NCBI GenBank assembly: GCA_965263035.1
Contig: OZ253580.1
Location: 1,600,001-1,664,000, forward strand
Length of the DNA stretch: 64,000 nucleotides
Direction: 5' to 3'
Source of the DNA: Acidobacteriota bacterium
GTDB taxonomy: Bacteria; Acidobacteriota; UBA6911; RPQK01; JAJDTT01
Shown piece by piece: positions 60,738 through 64,000 of the stretch; positions within the stretch are counted from its first letter, which is position 1, and each line of letters opens with the position of its first letter. The notes under the pieces are model-generated. The model did no database searches, was not told the DNA's origin, and saw nothing but the letters and a program-made list of their open reading frames with translations. The position numbers and the translations under genes were made by a program.

Positions 60738-61300
60738 CCTTCCTGCGGTTCAGTTTCGGCCCCGGCACCACCTTGTTGCAGGGAACCGGAAACTCGTTCC
60801 ACTGCTTGCCGAAATGATTTCGGATCGATCGCCGGATATCGATTGAGCTTGGACTCGATTGCGGCAAAAAGACGCATCAGAGTCTCCGGCTCGATCCACC
60901 CGCCTCGACCCAGCGCTTCGACGTCCATCAGATCCTGGGAATGGCGCCGCTCTATCTTTGCGAGCGCTTGAGAATACGGATCGTAGTGATAGAAGGACAT
61001 CCTTCCCTCACGATCAGCGAACAGACTTCGTTCCCGCCACCCGGGAAGCTCGGGGATGAAGTCGGCCGGTGACGCCAACTCCACGTTAATTTCCAGATCC
61101 TCTTTCAGCCGCGGAACCGCCCTGAAGACCTGATCGGTTTCGGGAAAGAACCGGATATCCACGTCGACTGTGGTTGAGCGCCAGCCCAGGAGAACCGCAG
61201 TCGCTCCGCCCGTAAAGTAAAGCCGGGTCTCGACCGGCGCCGCTCTGCCGACCGCGCGCATGAATCGTCGGATTCGATCCAGGTCTGCTAGTTTGCGCAT
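60734..61300 (-). CDS. DUF6036-like nucleotidyltransferase (putative toxin)
   Basis: YFTGGATAVLLGWRSTTVDVD (GG..DxD), ALAKIER...D..D. Confidence 0.75.
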   Translation of the reverse strand: MRKLADLDRIRRFMRAVGRAAPVETRLYFTGGATAVLLGWRSTTVDVDIRFFPETDQVFRAVPRLKEDLEINVELASPADFIPELPGWRERSLFADREGRMSFYHYDPYSQALAKIERRHSQDLMDVEALGRGGWIEPETLMRLFAAIESKLNRYPAIDPKSFRQAVERVSGSLQQGGAGAETEPQEG

Positions 61301-61563
61301 TCAGCCGCCCGCTCGAAGCTGACAAGCCGCCGGATCAGCGCGTTGTATTTTGAATGGGCCCCGTCAGGATCGGATCGGGCGAGCCGCAGATACAGTTTGA
61401 TTTCCGGTGAACGGATGACCTGTCTGGGAACGGGAAGCCCAATTTGTCGCAATCGGGGTGCGCCTATTGAGACCAACAGCGCAGGCACCGTCGCCGCTCC
61501 GCGCTGGAGGTCCTCGATTCCCTCCCGGACGATTTCGACTCCAGGGAATCTCTCCATATCCAT
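61288..61563 (-). CDS. 91-aa hypothetical protein overlapping the nucleotidyltransferase (putative antitoxin/partner)
   Basis: PG..IVREGIEDL...ALLVSIGAPRL...YNALIRRLVSFERA; 13-bp overlap with the downstream gene. Confidence 0.7.
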   Translation of the reverse strand: MDMERFPGVEIVREGIEDLQRGAATVPALLVSIGAPRLRQIGLPVPRQVIRSPEIKLYLRLARSDPDGAHSKYNALIRRLVSFERAAECAN

Positions 61564-61589
61564 GGCCTCATTTTATCAGCCGACGCTGG

Positions 61590-61748
61590 GAGCCTGCGCC
61601 GCAGAAATTGATCTACTGCGAAAGCGGTAGAATCGGTCCATATTTCCCCGATTTCTCGGCGAATAGAACAACTATGCACCTCCAAATCGGGAAAATCTGG
61701 CCTCGATTCCCCACTTTCTCGCTACGATCATTTCTACCGCGCAGACTC
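61590..61748 (+). mobile_element. 159-bp MITE, copy 4
   Basis: Same element; flanks CTGG and CTAG. Confidence 0.93.
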
Positions 61749-61780
61749 CTAGGCTCGATTTGGCTCCTCGGGACCTTCCT

Positions 61781-62959
61781 CTACCGATTTGTCGCCGCCG
61801 CACAGATCCGGAGCGCCGCTCCGGTCACCTCCTCGTCGGTCCCGCCGAACAACAGCCGGATGTGAATCGCGGAACCGAAGAGGTCGCCCGGTTCCGCCAG
61901 GACGCCCCAGTCGAAGAGGAGACTTCGCGCGAACTCCGCTCCCGTCAGCCCCAGTCCGCTGGTGTTGACGAACAGGAAGGGTGCGCCTCTGGGAACGGCG
62001 TATGAGAGGCCGGAAGCCGGCTCGAGTCCGGCCAGCATCAGGTCGCGGCTCCGCTGGTATCTCGCGGAAATCTCTTCGATCCACTCCTGCGGGCCCTCGA
62101 TGGCGGCCTGGCCGGCTCGTTGGGCGACGTGCCCGCACTTGAGGACGCCCCATTCCAGGATCTTGCGCATGTACCGGATCAGGCGCGGGGCCGCAGCGAT
62201 GTATCCGAGTCTCCAGGGTTGGAGGGCGAAGGTCTTGGTGAAGCTGCAGACCGTGATGATGCGGTCCCTGTTCTCCGCGGCCGAGGCGAAGCGGACGTGC
62301 CGGGCGCCGTCGTAGAGCATGTTGTCGTAGCACTCGTCCGAAACGACGTAGAGATCGTGCCTCGCCGCCACTTCCACGATGGCCCTCAGGTCCTCTTCAC
62401 TGGCCACGAATCCGGTGGGGTTGGCCGGCGAGCTCACGACGATGGCCTTGGTCCTGGGCGTGATCACCGCCTCCAGGGCTTCGGGAGTCCACTGCCAGTC
62501 GTCCTCCTCCCGGGTCCTGGCGTAGACCGGGACGGCTCCCGCCAGCTCGATCAGACCGAAGAAGAAGAAACTGGGACTGAAGATGACCGCCTCGTCTCCC
62601 GGGTCCAGCAACGTGGTGAAGACGACGTCCAGCGCGTGCATCGCGCCGGCCGTCACCAGGATCTCCGTTTCCGGATCGAAGGACAGTCCGTCCTGGTCTT
62701 CCAGCCGTCCGGCAATGGCCCGGCGAAGTCCGGGGAAACCGCTGGACGGAGGCTGCTGGTTGCTTTGGGCCGCGCGCGTGGCCGCTCCGACGACGTGCTC
62801 CGGCGGAGGCCAGAACGGAGCTCCCTTGAGAATGATGACGTCCTTGCCCTGCGCAATGAGCGCCCCGGCGATATCGGCCGCTTCGCTGGAGGGCACCCGA
62901 GGCAGTCTGGCCCGCCGGGCGACGTCCAAGGCCTTTCGCGCCGGTGCCGATTCTCCCAT
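61781..62959 (-). CDS. PLP-dependent class I/II aminotransferase (AspAT-like)
   Basis: SPANPTG, SDECY and SFTKTFALQPWRLG (PLP Lys) motifs. Confidence 0.93.
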   Translation of the reverse strand: MGESAPARKALDVARRARLPRVPSSEAADIAGALIAQGKDVIILKGAPFWPPPEHVVGAATRAAQSNQQPPSSGFPGLRRAIAGRLEDQDGLSFDPETEILVTAGAMHALDVVFTTLLDPGDEAVIFSPSFFFFGLIELAGAVPVYARTREEDDWQWTPEALEAVITPRTKAIVVSSPANPTGFVASEEDLRAIVEVAARHDLYVVSDECYDNMLYDGARHVRFASAAENRDRIITVCSFTKTFALQPWRLGYIAAAPRLIRYMRKILEWGVLKCGHVAQRAGQAAIEGPQEWIEEISARYQRSRDLMLAGLEPASGLSYAVPRGAPFLFVNTSGLGLTGAEFARSLLFDWGVLAEPGDLFGSAIHIRLLFGGTDEEVTGAALRICAAATNR

Positions 62960-62966
62960 CCCTGCC

Positions 62967-63998
62967 TCAGTTCAGCTTTCTCGGCACCGTGACCGACCAG
63001 CTCTTCTGGAAGTGCCGCGCGCCATTGACGGTCACCTCCACTCCCACCACATGGTGAAACGCCGCTTCGTCGCTGGAGGTGACCTCGTTCGCTTTGACCA
63101 CGACTTCAGAATCCGGACGCTTGACCACGTACGTGGAAGTCGCCGCCAGACGGGCATCGGCGGGATTCTCTTCCGAAACGGTGAATCTGGAGCGGGTCAC
63201 CATGCGCTCCGATCCCTCTCCCCGAACGCCCTTCGCCTCGCGGCCGAGTCGTAGGGTCACCGCTTTCCCCACGAGATCGTGAGTAATCGAATACTCCAAA
63301 GGCGTGTTCAAGAGCTTGGGGTCGGCTGTGGGCAGTTCCACCAGGTCCGGTTTCGGGAGTTTGGGACTCTGCTCCGGAATCACCGGCAGCAGGATATGCG
63401 ACGGGTGACGGCGGCTGCGGTGCAACGTGCTCACCGCCGGCTCCGGCGTCGGCCAGGCGTTCTGAATGTCGGCGCCTGCGATGGCCACGCGAATCCTGTG
63501 CCCGGCAGCGAACACGTACGACATTTCCTTCACGTCCACGGCCAACTCGTAGATCTCGCCGGGGACCATCGCCTCCGGCTCGAAATGCGAGTTCCGGTGA
63601 GTTCCGCTGAGACCGCCGTAACGCACGAGTTTGGAGGTGCCGTCCGGCGCCACGTCGATGAGCTTGACTCGAAAGTAGGCCACTTCGGCCGTCGAGGAGA
63701 CATGCAGCATGGCCCGAGGGGCGCCCGATACCTCCACATCCTCTTCCAGCGGAGAAGTGGTGTAGGTCAGAGAGTAAGCCTCGTCCGGGCGCTGGTCCAC
63801 GGGCATGGCCCAGGGCAGAATTCCTCCTCCCCAATGGATGCCCGAGGTGATGCCGACGGTGGGCTTGTAGTCGAAACTGTCCGCGGCCGCCTCGGATCCG
63901 GTGGACGGCTCCCGGCTCAGCTTGCCGCCGCCGCGGAAGTAAAACCCGGTGGGCACGGCCCGGGCGATGGGCCATTCGGCTTCGGAGCGCCAAGAGCC
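62967..63998 (-). CDS. CocE/NonD-family hydrolase, C-terminal part (5' end outside the window)
   Basis: Frame open to the window edge: WRSEAEWPI, DQRPDEAYSLTYT, DVAPDG, GHRIRVAI..WP.P. Confidence 0.85.
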   Translation of the reverse strand, partial: GSWRSEAEWPIARAVPTGFYFRGGGKLSREPSTGSEAAADSFDYKPTVGITSGIHWGGGILPWAMPVDQRPDEAYSLTYTTSPLEEDVEVSGAPRAMLHVSSTAEVAYFRVKLIDVAPDGTSKLVRYGGLSGTHRNSHFEPEAMVPGEIYELAVDVKEMSYVFAAGHRIRVAIAGADIQNAWPTPEPAVSTLHRSRRHPSHILLPVIPEQSPKLPKPDLVELPTADPKLLNTPLEYSITHDLVGKAVTLRLGREAKGVRGEGSERMVTRSRFTVSEENPADARLAATSTYVVKRPDSEVVVKANEVTSSDEAAFHHVVGVEVTVNGARHFQKSWSVTVPRKLN

Positions 63999-64000
63999 CG

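Noticed and set aside
47333-61865. Recurrent ORFs beginning MIYCESGR (47333, 49553, 37945..39066, and within 61458)
   Set aside because: They are translations of the 159-bp MITE running into unrelated flanks, not a protein family.
1-64000. CRISPR array, rRNA, tRNA, reverse transcriptase or DGR template repeat
   Set aside because: No regularly spaced repeat-spacer array, no recognisable RNA gene, no RT motif and no AAC-rich second copy of the FGE 3' end were seen.

Overview
High-GC bacterial window, most likely Acidobacteriota (inferred from the Acidobacteria-type VWA, PVC-type CxxCH and 'YFPDFVDGGGW' secreted proteins). The housekeeping/metabolic core is LysR-gltB-gltD, a NanA/DapA lyase, qor, an Aas-like acyl-CoA ligase, EF-G2, lgt, an RluA-family enzyme, hydantoinase A/B, two CocE/NonD hydrolases and an aminotransferase. 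Accessory blocks are interleaved. (i) An ECF sigma factor lacking the DAED motif is paired with a membrane Ser/Thr kinase and two paralogous modular surface proteins; a GTCCG-N12-CAGACGTCATA promoter-like motif precedes both the kinase and one surface protein. (ii) An IS1182-family element sits next to a 109-bp IHF-box MITE, and there are four copies of a 159-bp structured MITE. These are always flanked by CTAG on one side but often by a one-mismatch 4-mer on the other; two empty/filled site pairs inside the window suggest the element may import CTAG rather than duplicate its target. (iii) A ~1,690-aa pseudokinase-ATPase-TPR-GAF-sigma54 activator. (iv) An uncharacterised four-gene operon of all-helical exported proteins plus a holin-like peptide. 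(v) An FGE/CLec protein with a DGR-like variable C-terminus. Also present are a REP/REPIN family, an IS630, a duplicated cassette and a DUF6036-type toxin-antitoxin-like pair. No rRNA, tRNA, CRISPR array or reverse transcriptase was seen. All calls are by eye; no database searches were run.
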